Assembly (NCBI GenBank): GCA_964413705.1
Contig: CAYPSK010000001.1
Span: forward strand, 1 to 62,360
Direction of reading: 5' to 3'
Length of the DNA stretch: 62,360 bases
DNA from: Candidatus Woesearchaeota archaeon
GTDB taxonomy: Archaea > Nanobdellota > Nanobdellia > Pacearchaeales > UBA284
The notes beneath the pieces are model-generated. The model was given only the letters and a program-made list of their open reading frames with translations, was not told where the DNA came from and ran no database searches. The position numbers were made by a program, and so were the translations under genes. Position 1 is the stretch's first letter, and the number at the start of each line of letters is the position of its first letter. Shown here one piece after another: positions 27,627-36,765 of this stretch.

Positions 27627-28757
27627 TTATTTCGCGATTAATTTGTCAAGTTCTTCTAACATTTTTTTTGGCTTTCCACTAGCAAAATGCTTTCTTGCTG
27701 GCTCGAGTAACTTAATAATTTCTTCAGCAATTGCAATTTTTAAATCAAGAGGGTGCAATTTCTTGTTTAAGAAATCTTTTTCTAAATTAGAATAGCTTTT
27801 ATAAGCAATTTTTCCTCCAAACTTTTCTGGGCGATTTATTTCTAATTTTGAATTTTCATTACCAAAAACTAATGACTTTGCCCAATCAAGAACCGGATTA
27901 AATTCTGTCTCTCCTTCTGGACAAAAAGCATTTTTAATTTTAGTTCTAATTTCTTCTTCAGAATCATGAATAAATATGCATGTTTCTGGCTTGGATTTGG
28001 ACATTTTTAAAGAAGACCATAACTCTTGTAAATTTTCTTTTGGAATTGGCCAAATACTTGGTTTTCCTAAACCAAGAATAAGATGATGGTGTACCGCAAC
28101 AGGTTTTATTTTGTTCCCTTTTTTATCTAGAAGGGGCTTAATTTTTAAATTTAAAGCAACATCTCTTGCAATAACTTGGGCTTTTCTTTGATCTAAACCA
28201 GCATGAGGCATATTTATTCCTTGTGCAAAAATATCTGCAACTTGCATCGGAGGATAAATTAATTTGGCAAAGTCAACCAACTCTCCTTCTTTCCTACCCA
28301 TAATGGTTATGCTCCTCATCATTCTTGCTAAACTGGTATTTTTACTTATGTCGATCATCGTTTGCCAATATTCATCGTTATTATGATATAGATCAGATCC
28401 TAAAACAAATTTTAGTTTTTCTGGGTCTCCACCAACACACTTAAAACTTGCTTTCAAACCTTCTTTAAAGTAACCTCCAGCAACTCTTTTTATTGTTTCC
28501 ATATCTCCCCCGAGTTTATTATTAATCCAAGAATGCCAATCTGCCAAAAACAAAGAACACTCTGTTCCAGCATCCATAAAATCTTTTACCTTAGACATGC
28601 ACATAATTCCTGTCCCTAAATGAATTTTACCAGAAATCTCAAAGCCAATATAATGCTTGAGTTTTATTCCAGATTCTAATCTTTGTTTGAGATCTTCTTC
28701 AGTCATTATCTCTGCAGTATTTCTCTTAATCAATTCAAATCTTTTTTTTATATCCAT
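27627..28757 (-). CDS. tyrS: Tyrosine--tRNA ligase (archaeal type)
   Basis: HIGH-type motif SGKIHLGTG, KMSKS motif (LKMSKSKP), and a C-terminal RPEKFGG...LHPLDLK...LEP segment as in archaeal TyrRS. Confidence 0.85.
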   Translation of the reverse strand: MDIKKRFELIKRNTAEIMTEEDLKQRLESGIKLKHYIGFEISGKIHLGTGIMCMSKVKDFMDAGTECSLFLADWHSWINNKLGGDMETIKRVAGGYFKEGLKASFKCVGGDPEKLKFVLGSDLYHNNDEYWQTMIDISKNTSLARMMRSITIMGRKEGELVDFAKLIYPPMQVADIFAQGINMPHAGLDQRKAQVIARDVALNLKIKPLLDKKGNKIKPVAVHHHLILGLGKPSIWPIPKENLQELWSSLKMSKSKPETCIFIHDSEEEIRTKIKNAFCPEGETEFNPVLDWAKSLVFGNENSKLEINRPEKFGGKIAYKSYSNLEKDFLNKKLHPLDLKIAIAEEIIKLLEPARKHFASGKPKKMLEELDKLIAK

Positions 28758-28851
28758 AAAAAAGAGAATATTTCTAAATTCTTAAATCTTCCGCCCATAT
28801 GCTTATATTCTGAATATAAATTCTCTGTCTTCACTAAGGACTATTATTAAA

Positions 28852-28885
28852 AAAGCACATTAAACACCCTAAAGCGCACAAAACC
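28852..28885 (+). repeat. Bipartite GCGCA motif, copy c (degenerate: AAAGCACATTAAACACCCTAAAGCGCACAAAA)
   Basis: The first core has degraded to GCACA; the second is GCGCA at 28874. Same orientation as the other copies. Lies in the divergent spacer between tyrS and the OB-fold gene. Confidence 0.5.
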
Positions 28886-28926
28886 TAAAACCCCTTATAT
28901 CTTTTTAATCACTAAATTTAAAATTA

Positions 28927-29313
28927 TTGATTTCTTTGGAAAATATGCCCAACCTCCCAAAAAATCCCAAAACCCTCTGCCTAATTCTCTCACTCATTGG
29001 CATCTTCATCATTGTTATTCTTGCCCAAGTTCTCGAGCCAAAACTAATCAAGATTTCTGATATAAACAAAAAAATGCTTGATGAACATGTCAAAATTCAG
29101 GGTCAAGTAGAGGATGTTCAAAAAATAAAAAGCCAAAACTATCCAAATCCAATAGTTCTCATCACCCTAAAAAATCAATCAAGTCAAATTACTGTTGTCT
29201 GGAGACAGGATATAACTCTAACTCAAAATCAAATCATCCAAGTAGTGGGAAAAGTCTCAGAATATCGAAATGAAACACAAATTGAGGCAAGCAAGATAAA
29301 AATGCTGCTTTAG
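28927..29313 (+). CDS. Membrane-anchored OB-fold (tRNA-anticodon/RPA-like) protein
   Basis: N-terminal TM (LCLILSLIGIFIIVILA), then VKIQGQVEDV...ITLKNQSSQITVVW...IQVVGKVSEYRNETQIEA, the usual OB_NA-binding pattern. The likely start is the ATG at 28945. Confidence 0.5.
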   Translation: MISLENMPNLPKNPKTLCLILSLIGIFIIVILAQVLEPKLIKISDINKKMLDEHVKIQGQVEDVQKIKSQNYPNPIVLITLKNQSSQITVVWRQDITLTQNQIIQVVGKVSEYRNETQIEASKIKMLL

Positions 29314-29315
29314 AC

Positions 29316-29348
29316 AAAGCGCATAATTACTAAACAAAGTACATAAAA
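29316..29348 (+). repeat. Bipartite GCGCA motif, copy d (AAAGCGCATAATTACTAAACAAAGTACATAAAA)
   Basis: The first core GCGCA is at 29319; the second has degraded to GTACA at 29339 (20-nt spacing). It lies 22 nt upstream of the 29371 ATG. Confidence 0.6.
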
Positions 29349-29370
29349 AAGATTTTATTGCATAACAAAA

Positions 29371-30570
29371 ATGCTGGAAATCATCTTTGCAATCCTTATC
29401 GGAATCCTCTGCGGAATAATTACTGGGCTAATTCCAGGAATCCATATAAATCTTGTCGCAACTCTTTTATTTATTAACTCTGCAGCCTTTCTCTCAATAA
29501 CAAGCCCCCTTATTCTCGCCATATTCATAATCTCCATGACAATCTCTCATGCATTCATTGATTTTCTGCCCTCTATATTCTTAGGAGCTCCAGAACAAGA
29601 GACTGCCCTAAGTATCTTGCCAGGCCATCGCCTGCTGCTTGAAGGCAAAGGATATGAAGCAATAAAATTAACCTCTGTTGGTTGTCTAGCAGGAATAATC
29701 ATTGCAGGCGTCTTATCTATAATCTTTATTCCAACACTCTCCTTATTCTATCCCGCCCTATCCAAGATAATGGCTTTTCTTTTAATCTCTCTATCTCTTT
29801 TTTTGATTCTGAAAGAAAAAAAGAACCATAAGATTCTAGCTGCATTTATTTTTATTCTTGCAGGCATCCTAGGATATGCTGTCTTAAATTTCTCTGTAAT
29901 CAGACAACCCTTATTTCCCTTATTCACAGGACTTTTTGGAACCTCTCTATTGACTCTAAGCTTCTTCCAAGATGTAAAAATTCCCAAACAATCTCTTAAA
30001 AAAACAAAAATAAATAAAAAAGACCTTTTTAAATCTCTTAGCTTAAGTGTGGTATCATCAAGTCTTGTTTCTTTCCTGCCTGGACTGGGCTCTGCCCAAG
30101 CAGGAGTCATAGCATCTTCAATTAAAAAAATTCAGGAAAAATCTTTCTTGATTTTGCTTGGCGCAGTCAATTCAATAACTGTTCTCTTAAGTTTTGTTGC
30201 ACTATACTCCATCAATAAGCCAAGATCCGGCGTCGCAGTCTTTGTTGGAAAATTTCTTCCAAATTTTTCCCTCTCTGACCTCATGATTCTTATGGTTATT
30301 GCACTAATTGTTGGAATAATCCTCTTTCCACTGACTCTTTTTCTTGCAAGAAAGTTTTCACGATTCATAGAAAAAGTGAATTACAAATGGCTCTGCTTCT
30401 CAATCATCATCTTTTTAATAATCCTAACACCAATAATCTCTGGTTGGCTAGCTTTAATAGTCTTGATAACTTCTACATGTCTAGGCATATTCTGCTCCTT
30501 GCTAGGAATTAAGAAAATCTTTTTGATGGGCTCCCTGATTCTTCCAGTGATAATCTGGTATCTTATTTGA
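29371..30570 (+). CDS. TctA/DUF112-family polytopic membrane protein (putative transporter)
   Basis: About 10-12 TM segments. The N-terminal GILCGIITGLIPGIHINL and a later LPGLGSAQAG resemble the repeated G.lPG.g motifs of DUF112/TctA. Confidence 0.5.
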   Translation: MLEIIFAILIGILCGIITGLIPGIHINLVATLLFINSAAFLSITSPLILAIFIISMTISHAFIDFLPSIFLGAPEQETALSILPGHRLLLEGKGYEAIKLTSVGCLAGIIIAGVLSIIFIPTLSLFYPALSKIMAFLLISLSLFLILKEKKNHKILAAFIFILAGILGYAVLNFSVIRQPLFPLFTGLFGTSLLTLSFFQDVKIPKQSLKKTKINKKDLFKSLSLSVVSSSLVSFLPGLGSAQAGVIASSIKKIQEKSFLILLGAVNSITVLLSFVALYSINKPRSGVAVFVGKFLPNFSLSDLMILMVIALIVGIILFPLTLFLARKFSRFIEKVNYKWLCFSIIIFLIILTPIISGWLALIVLITSTCLGIFCSLLGIKKIFLMGSLILPVIIWYLI

Positions 30571-30614
30571 AATGAAGTTAGAAAGTTTTATTAATTAACT
30601 AAAATTGCCAGTTA

Positions 30615-31097
30615 ATGAATAAAAGAAGACTCTTGGGATTTATAGCAAAAGCCCATAGAAATACATACGCTGCTCAAAAAGAAACAAGAGCCAGGCATAA
30701 ATGCAAGGTTCCGATTCTTGCAGGCCATAAAGATTATGAATTTAAAGAAGGAGATTGGCTCTATCATGATTCATATGCGGGAAGTTTATGTGCGCCGGGA
30801 AGAGAGGTTGTTTTTTTCAAAGGTATCCCTGTTTGGTGTATGTCATATCAGGGACAACCTAATCCAAAACAGGAAGCACCCTTCTTTCAAGAGCAGTTAT
30901 TCCCATTTCTTAGAAGAGCATTAATGAATTTTGATGACAGCGTCCCCTTTCGGGGCCCAAAGGAATTCTCAGAGGGGGATTTTAAATATACTTTTGAAAT
31001 AAAAGGAGATTGCAACTATTTTAAAGGGCGAGAACAAGTTCTTTACAAAAACGAGAGGGTTTTCTTCCAAGATGTTATGGGATCCTTAATTAAATAA
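30615..31097 (+). CDS. Conserved hypothetical protein (DUF5680-like by recollection)
   Basis: FIAKAHRNTYAA ... WLYHDSYAGS...GREVVFFKGIPVWCMSYQG resembles the DUF5680 pattern as I remember it. Not verifiable here. Confidence 0.35.
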   Translation: MNKRRLLGFIAKAHRNTYAAQKETRARHKCKVPILAGHKDYEFKEGDWLYHDSYAGSLCAPGREVVFFKGIPVWCMSYQGQPNPKQEAPFFQEQLFPFLRRALMNFDDSVPFRGPKEFSEGDFKYTFEIKGDCNYFKGREQVLYKNERVFFQDVMGSLIK

Positions 31098-31157
31098 AAA
31101 ACAGAGTGCCCAAAATAGACTTTTCTTAGCTTTATCTCGGAAAATGAAAAATTAAGT

Positions 31158-31394
31158 TCAGCAGTATCCATTTGAATCGTCAACAGCAGTTATAGGGTCT
31201 ATCTCTTCAACCTTAATTCTTAACTTTCTTCCCTTATGATCCATTATTTCAACAGATTTGCCCTGCCGAGCATTGTCTGTTGCCCTAATTAACTCTGACT
31301 CATCCTCTCCGCCCTCAAATTCATCCCCGATTTCCTCTGCAAGTTCATCGTGAATGCCATCCTTGCCATCCTTAGCCTTTTTGTCTTCGGCCAT
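31158..31394 (-). CDS. Small acidic hypothetical protein
   Basis: A 78-aa ORF with a strongly acidic N-half and a beta-like C-half. No motif recognised. Confidence 0.35.
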   Translation of the reverse strand: MAEDKKAKDGKDGIHDELAEEIGDEFEGGEDESELIRATDNARQGKSVEIMDHKGRKLRIKVEEIDPITAVDDSNGYC

Positions 31395-31489
31395 TTTAGG
31401 AGGGAGAGATACAGGGTTTATAATATTTTCGGCGCTAAATTATACCATATAAATCATAAGACTTTTAAACCGCTCACTCATTTGAAATA

Positions 31490-31771
31490 ATGGCAAACAA
31501 AGCAAAAGCATCACACATTCTTGTGAAGACAGAAGAAGAAGCAAAAACCCTTCTATTAAGAATTCAGAAAGGCGAGAGTTTTGAAAAGCTTGCTCAAGAA
31601 TCCTCTCTCTGTCCATCAAAAAAGCGAGGCGGTTCTCTTGGAGAATTCGGCCGGGGCCAGATGGTTAAAGAGTTTGAACAAGCTGTATTCAATGCCAAGA
31701 AAGGCCAAATAGTCATGGTCAAGACTCAATTCGGCTGGCATCTCATCAAAGTCGAAGACATTTGGGGCTAG
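31490..31771 (+). CDS. Parvulin-type peptidyl-prolyl cis-trans isomerase
   Basis: ASHILV ... GGSLGEFGRGQMVKEFEQAVF ... FGWHLIKV is the PpiC/parvulin signature. Single-domain, 93 aa. Confidence 0.85.
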   Translation: MANKAKASHILVKTEEEAKTLLLRIQKGESFEKLAQESSLCPSKKRGGSLGEFGRGQMVKEFEQAVFNAKKGQIVMVKTQFGWHLIKVEDIWG

Positions 31772-31778
31772 TTAAGAA

Positions 31779-31812
31779 CAAAGCGCACAATTACTACATA
31801 AAGCGCATGAAA
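31779..31812 (+). repeat. Bipartite GCGCA motif, copy e (ACAAAGCGCACAATTACTACATAAAGCGCATGAAA)
   Basis: GCGCA cores at 31783 and 31803 (20-nt spacing), located between the convergent parvulin and DP2 genes. Confidence 0.7.
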
Positions 31813-31841
31813 ATTATTTATTTCTTATAAATTGCTTTTTT

Positions 31842-34800
31842 TTAAAAGAACTTTCCCAGTGCTTGCTGTTTCTCAGTCTGTTTTCCAAACATACTCTCTA
31901 TAGACCATCTTGCAAGATCCAAGCTCTGCTTAGTATAAGCAGGAACATCATAATTTTTTGCTAAGTTGGTCGCAGTCTCCAAATACTTCATAATTGAACC
32001 TTCGGCGATGGTAAATATAATTTTTCCTCCACAAATACTTTCATCATTCTTAATTCTTATGCATTTTCCAGATAAAGGCGGCCTTCTATAGATTTCATTG
32101 CAATCAACACACCTGAACTGCTGCTGAGTAAATTTATTAAAATTTCCTTTTATATCCCTGATAAAGTGCCTCTCAATTATTAATCTAGCAATATCTGCCT
32201 CGTCAACAGCCCTGATTTTCTGCACAAGTTCCATTTGTTTGTCTACTTTTTCATGCATGCTTGGAATTGATTTATAAGAAGAGTTTACAACACCATGATT
32301 AAAATCATCTGTGTCATGCGTGGACAGGGTATTTATCAAAGGGTCTTTGCCCTCTCTTAATCTCCTTTTCACATTATCAACTATAACTTTAGAAGAATGC
32401 TCTCCTTTTTCAGCAAGCTCATACATCTCTAGAGGATATTCAGATAATTCCAAGTCTAAAATCTGGTCATCTACTTCTCCAGGCCTGATTCTTGCATTTA
32501 AAACAAGAGGCGCATCTTGCGTACCCCCTCTATGCGCAGGCAAGAATTTTCTAGAGAAATTTAAAAGAACATCCAAAAGCAGCATCACTGCGACTTCATC
32601 CCCATCACATTGCCTGGTAAGTATTGAATTAGCAACAATTAAATGATTTTTATTATCCACGTTTAGGCAATAACTCTCTTTCTCTTCACTTCGATTGATG
32701 GAAACAATAGAATCATGCACAAAATCAGAATCTTGCTCTATTTTCATCCCCAATTTTTTCTTTTTTAAACATATATTCAAAATCTTATTTTTCTTATTTG
32801 ATAAAAATCCAATTTTTTTGAATTTATCGACAAAATCCGAACCAATAATCAATTTTATTATCTTAAATTTTGGGATTTTCCTTCCTTTTTTAAAATAAAA
32901 TGTTCTTACTCTTGGTCCTGGTTCTTTTTTATATTCATATCTTTTAACAAAAATCCCATATCTTAAAAGACAGAATTCCAAATCTGCTAAAAGACCCTCG
33001 CTAACACTATCGCATGAGACTCTTCTATCAGATGCGCTTACACTTCCGTCGCCTTCAAAATAACCTCTTAAAACATATGCTAATCTTTCCAATCCTAAAT
33101 TCAAAAATAAAGGGGGAATTCTTTTGTTTTTTGCATTGCTCCCTGTTTCTAAAATCTTTGTAAAAAACCAGTATAAAATCTTTGATGAAAACGTAACTCT
33201 ATCTTTTTTTCTTTCAGAAGGCACTAATCCAAATGATTTTTTCATAATCTTTTTGACAAAATTCCTTATTTTAATATCATTGGAAGCAATATAAACCTGA
33301 TTTAATCCTTTTTTTCCTTCAATACATCTTGAATAGCCTTCAGCGACATACAATCCAATAACCTCTAAAAGTTCATCGCTAATCTTTAGGATAATTGGAA
33401 CCTCAATATTATCTCTTTTAACCGCCAATTTGCCTTCGCAACATATCTTCTCTAACATATCCTTATTTAACTTTAAAATAAAATTTATTGGATAGCTGCT
33501 TCTTATATTAAAATTTTGAAATTGTCTTTTTGTAATTCCCAATTCTCTTAAAATTTTATCACGCTCTACTATTTTTAATTGTTTAATTATACCATTCACA
33601 TTTCGGACCATAACTTTTTCTTCTTTTAGTTCTTCTAATAAATTAATCTCTTTTATATCCTTAGATTCTATCTCTATTTTTTTAGGAAGAGGCAACCTAT
33701 CTCCTATTTTCAACTCTTCTGCCCTTACAATCTCCCCCTCAACTAAGAATTTATGACTCCCTGTAACACTTACCTTCTTCCCAAGATGAGTCTTAATTTC
33801 AATAAGGGGCATTTTTAAATGTTTTGTAAAATTATTTATTTTCACTTCTGAGATATTTTTATTAAGACCAATTGTTTTAAAGCCTTCAACTTTTTTTTCT
33901 TTTGTCCCATACTTATCAACAATCTTATCTGGATTCAAGTTTTCAACAAATTCCCCAACTTTGACTATCCTCCAAATTCCATTTTCTTTCAAAGGAAGAT
34001 AAGTATCATAATCAAAACAATCTCTTCTAACTGCTGCGTGCAAATAAGGAGAAGCAATTATGCCCTGAACTTTTGAAAAGCCTATGATTCTTGTGACAAC
34101 ACCTGCACAATTATGTGGCGCCATTGTAACAGTCAACTTTCCAATCAAATCCTCTTTTGTTCTGACATTATAAAACTCTTTCTGCCCATAGAGCTTAACA
34201 AGCAAAGCATCAATGAATTTAGTAGCATTGATAAACATGTGATCTGCTTTCTCATCATCAGAATCAGGACAAGAAGGAAGGACAATATCGTGCGGCTTAA
34301 GTTCTAGAATCTGATTATCATTCTCGAGCTTTTTGCCCCCAATATCAACATTATATCCTAACTCTCTCAGCTTCTCAATGCTTGTACCAATTTCTTTTGG
34401 CTTGAAATGAGTTATAGGCAATTCAGTCACATCATATCTTATAGTTCCATCTTTATTGACATGCAACCCAAAATTAGCTCTTAAGATTCCTTTTATGATA
34501 TTCTCTGGGATATGTGATTCAGAACTTGTCCCCCTAACCCCCTTAACAATTTTTAGAATATTCTGGATATCTGCTTTTTTCATAGCGATTTTATAATAAT
34601 CCCCAATATTGATTCTTCTTTCCATATAGGGTTTCATTTTCCCATGAACATTACATCCCTCGGAAAAAGATTTTTTTCCGCATAAATTACAGTAATTCAT
34701 CTTCCTGGCTTTTGAACCACACGTTTCGCAGATAAAATAAACAGTTTCTTTATTGCAAGTATCACAAAAATAAATAGGAAAATCTGCCCTTACACTTCCT

Positions 34801-36764
34801 TTTTCAATTGCTGCCTGAAAACTCCTTAACTTCCCCCCTTCTTCACCAACTGGAAAAAGGACATGTGGTGAACCTTTCAATTCTCTTGGCTTAGCTTTCT
34901 CAGGCCTCCCCATTCTCGCACCTATAAATGTTCCTGCTTTATCTTTTATCTTGAACTTAGATAAATTATTTATCAGAGCCAGTACTTTTGTCTCTTTTTC
35001 TTTTATATTCTCTATTTTTCTAGAATAACTCATAAATTTATCATCAAAATCTTTCTTTTCTATCCCTAAATTTATCAAAATAGCTCTGCTCTCTTCCTTA
35101 CTTAGAACAACATTCTCAATAGTAACATCATGCTCAACACCTAGTATCTCCAAAGCTCTTTTGCCTACCTTGAATTTGTCTTTCTCAACCCGATTATAAG
35201 GAAGAATCAACTTATCATCCCCAAGAACTCCAGATTTTATCCATTCAATTAAACTAAAAAAATCATCAACATTTATCTGGCTCCAGTAGAATATATACTT
35301 TGGATGAAGTGGGACTTTAAAGGTATTTGATAAAGAAACTGCCTGGTCAAGTGAGACATGATATTTTTCTACGTTCAAACTACTAAATTTCTCTTTCTTT
35401 TTTTCCTCATCCTCTTCTCCAATAGCTGCTGCTTTCTTTAACTCAAGCTCCCACCACTCTTCAACATAACCTGGCTTAAGCAGTTCATAGTTCCTGTTCA
35501 TTACATCCCCTAAAGAATATAAAATATCCCCAATATAGATGATTTCTTCAACATCTTTATAGAACTTTTTAGCCTCCTCAAAATCACTTAATTTCCTTGT
35601 GCTTCCATTCTTTAGCTTAACAATTGGCCCGTCAATTGAATCGCAAGAAGTTATAACACATCCTTTTGTCGGTTTCTCTGTTTTAAGCTGAGTTCCTGTT
35701 GATAAAAAACAATTTGATATGGCCATTGTCGCAGGATGTATGGATGTTGCAGAAAATCCTGAGACTCTTGATTTGCCATATCTAAATCTAAAACCTCCGG
35801 ATCTTGATGGATGAGAAAAAACAGGTCTTCCTGCAACAAGATCTTTAATATAGGTTGGAGAAGTGTCTGTCGTTCCTTTTTCTCTTTTCTTATGAATAAC
35901 AAGATACTCGTCTAAAAAATTCCATCCTGTTGATTTAAAGCCCTTTGCTTGAACCCCTTTTAACAGTCTTAATCCTTTTTGCGCTTTCTGAGCAAGGCCC
36001 TCTGAAAAAATCAAACACATTCCTCCCCGGATAAAATTTGTCTCTACTCTTGGCAAGTCTTTAAAGTTTGAGACCTCTCTTTTTTCAGTTGGCTCTCCGG
36101 CAATCTGTATAGGAAGGTTTTTTGCTAAGAATAAGGCCTCTTCCTCTGTCGGCAGATACTGCAAATTCGTGACTCTCTCATGATAATCATATATTTCTGT
36201 AACATATCTTTTAATTTCAAGCTCATCAGGATCATATTTAGCAAATCCAAACTTCTCTCTCAAATAATCAATTAACATCAAGACTACGCATGAGGCGGTT
36301 GTTCCTGCACTTCTTATTGGTCCGGAAAAATAAGCTTTAAAATATTCTTTTCCATCCCTAGTTTTCTCTATTTTAAGCGCTGTGAATCCTTCAATCGGAC
36401 TTGATACAACACCAAGAGTAGTATAAGCAAATCCGACCCTGATTCCAGCCTCTATTGCTTGTAATAAAGACTCAAACTTGCAGAATTTTTCCTTTGCAAT
36501 CTCTTCTGCAATCTTAAATGAGACTGCAGTATCCAAAGGCCCATACTCTTTTTCAAGTTCAAGTATCCGATTCACAATCTTTTTGTCATTAAGCTGGGGG
36601 TATATTGTTGAAATTAGTCCAAGGGTTTTTTCAGCAAGATTCGTTGCAAGTAAAACCTCTACTTTATCCATTGGGTCAAATCCTTTCTCTCTTGCAGCCC
36701 CTGCTACAGCATATTCGTGTTTAACATTTCCCTCAAGTTCATGAAAGTATTTTTCCATTTCCAT
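31842..36764 (-). CDS. polC: DNA polymerase II (PolD) large subunit DP2, interrupted in frame by one intein
   Basis: Zn-finger clusters (CDTCNKETVYFICETCG ... CNLCG) and the conserved ...APHNCAGV... and RRD|CDGDE catalytic region. 1640 aa including the 470-aa intein, giving a 1170-aa extein. Immediately downstream of DP1. Confidence 0.9.
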   Translation of the reverse strand: MEMEKYFHELEGNVKHEYAVAGAAREKGFDPMDKVEVLLATNLAEKTLGLISTIYPQLNDKKIVNRILELEKEYGPLDTAVSFKIAEEIAKEKFCKFESLLQAIEAGIRVGFAYTTLGVVSSPIEGFTALKIEKTRDGKEYFKAYFSGPIRSAGTTASCVVLMLIDYLREKFGFAKYDPDELEIKRYVTEIYDYHERVTNLQYLPTEEEALFLAKNLPIQIAGEPTEKREVSNFKDLPRVETNFIRGGMCLIFSEGLAQKAQKGLRLLKGVQAKGFKSTGWNFLDEYLVIHKKREKGTTDTSPTYIKDLVAGRPVFSHPSRSGGFRFRYGKSRVSGFSATSIHPATMAISNCFLSTGTQLKTEKPTKGCVITSCDSIDGPIVKLKNGSTRKLSDFEEAKKFYKDVEEIIYIGDILYSLGDVMNRNYELLKPGYVEEWWELELKKAAAIGEEDEEKKKEKFSSLNVEKYHVSLDQAVSLSNTFKVPLHPKYIFYWSQINVDDFFSLIEWIKSGVLGDDKLILPYNRVEKDKFKVGKRALEILGVEHDVTIENVVLSKEESRAILINLGIEKKDFDDKFMSYSRKIENIKEKETKVLALINNLSKFKIKDKAGTFIGARMGRPEKAKPRELKGSPHVLFPVGEEGGKLRSFQAAIEKGSVRADFPIYFCDTCNKETVYFICETCGSKARKMNYCNLCGKKSFSEGCNVHGKMKPYMERRINIGDYYKIAMKKADIQNILKIVKGVRGTSSESHIPENIIKGILRANFGLHVNKDGTIRYDVTELPITHFKPKEIGTSIEKLRELGYNVDIGGKKLENDNQILELKPHDIVLPSCPDSDDEKADHMFINATKFIDALLVKLYGQKEFYNVRTKEDLIGKLTVTMAPHNCAGVVTRIIGFSKVQGIIASPYLHAAVRRDCFDYDTYLPLKENGIWRIVKVGEFVENLNPDKIVDKYGTKEKKVEGFKTIGLNKNISEVKINNFTKHLKMPLIEIKTHLGKKVSVTGSHKFLVEGEIVRAEELKIGDRLPLPKKIEIESKDIKEINLLEELKEEKVMVRNVNGIIKQLKIVERDKILRELGITKRQFQNFNIRSSYPINFILKLNKDMLEKICCEGKLAVKRDNIEVPIILKISDELLEVIGLYVAEGYSRCIEGKKGLNQVYIASNDIKIRNFVKKIMKKSFGLVPSERKKDRVTFSSKILYWFFTKILETGSNAKNKRIPPLFLNLGLERLAYVLRGYFEGDGSVSASDRRVSCDSVSEGLLADLEFCLLRYGIFVKRYEYKKEPGPRVRTFYFKKGRKIPKFKIIKLIIGSDFVDKFKKIGFLSNKKNKILNICLKKKKLGMKIEQDSDFVHDSIVSINRSEEKESYCLNVDNKNHLIVANSILTRQCDGDEVAVMLLLDVLLNFSRKFLPAHRGGTQDAPLVLNARIRPGEVDDQILDLELSEYPLEMYELAEKGEHSSKVIVDNVKRRLREGKDPLINTLSTHDTDDFNHGVVNSSYKSIPSMHEKVDKQMELVQKIRAVDEADIARLIIERHFIRDIKGNFNKFTQQQFRCVDCNEIYRRPPLSGKCIRIKNDESICGGKIIFTIAEGSIMKYLETATNLAKNYDVPAYTKQSLDLARWSIESMFGKQTEKQQALGKFF
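32610..34019 (-). mobile_element. Intein (470 aa) with LAGLIDADG homing-endonuclease domain inside DP2
   Basis: The N-extein ends ...HAAVRRD. The intein starts CFDYDTYLPL (block A), has VTGSHKF (block B TxxH), LAGLIDADG motifs VIGLYVAEGYS and YVLRGYFEGDGS, and ends ...NHLIVANSILTRQ. It is followed by +1 Cys of CDGDEVAV. Coordinates were derived by back-translation on the minus strand and are in frame. Confidence 0.85.
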
Positions 36765-36765
36765 T

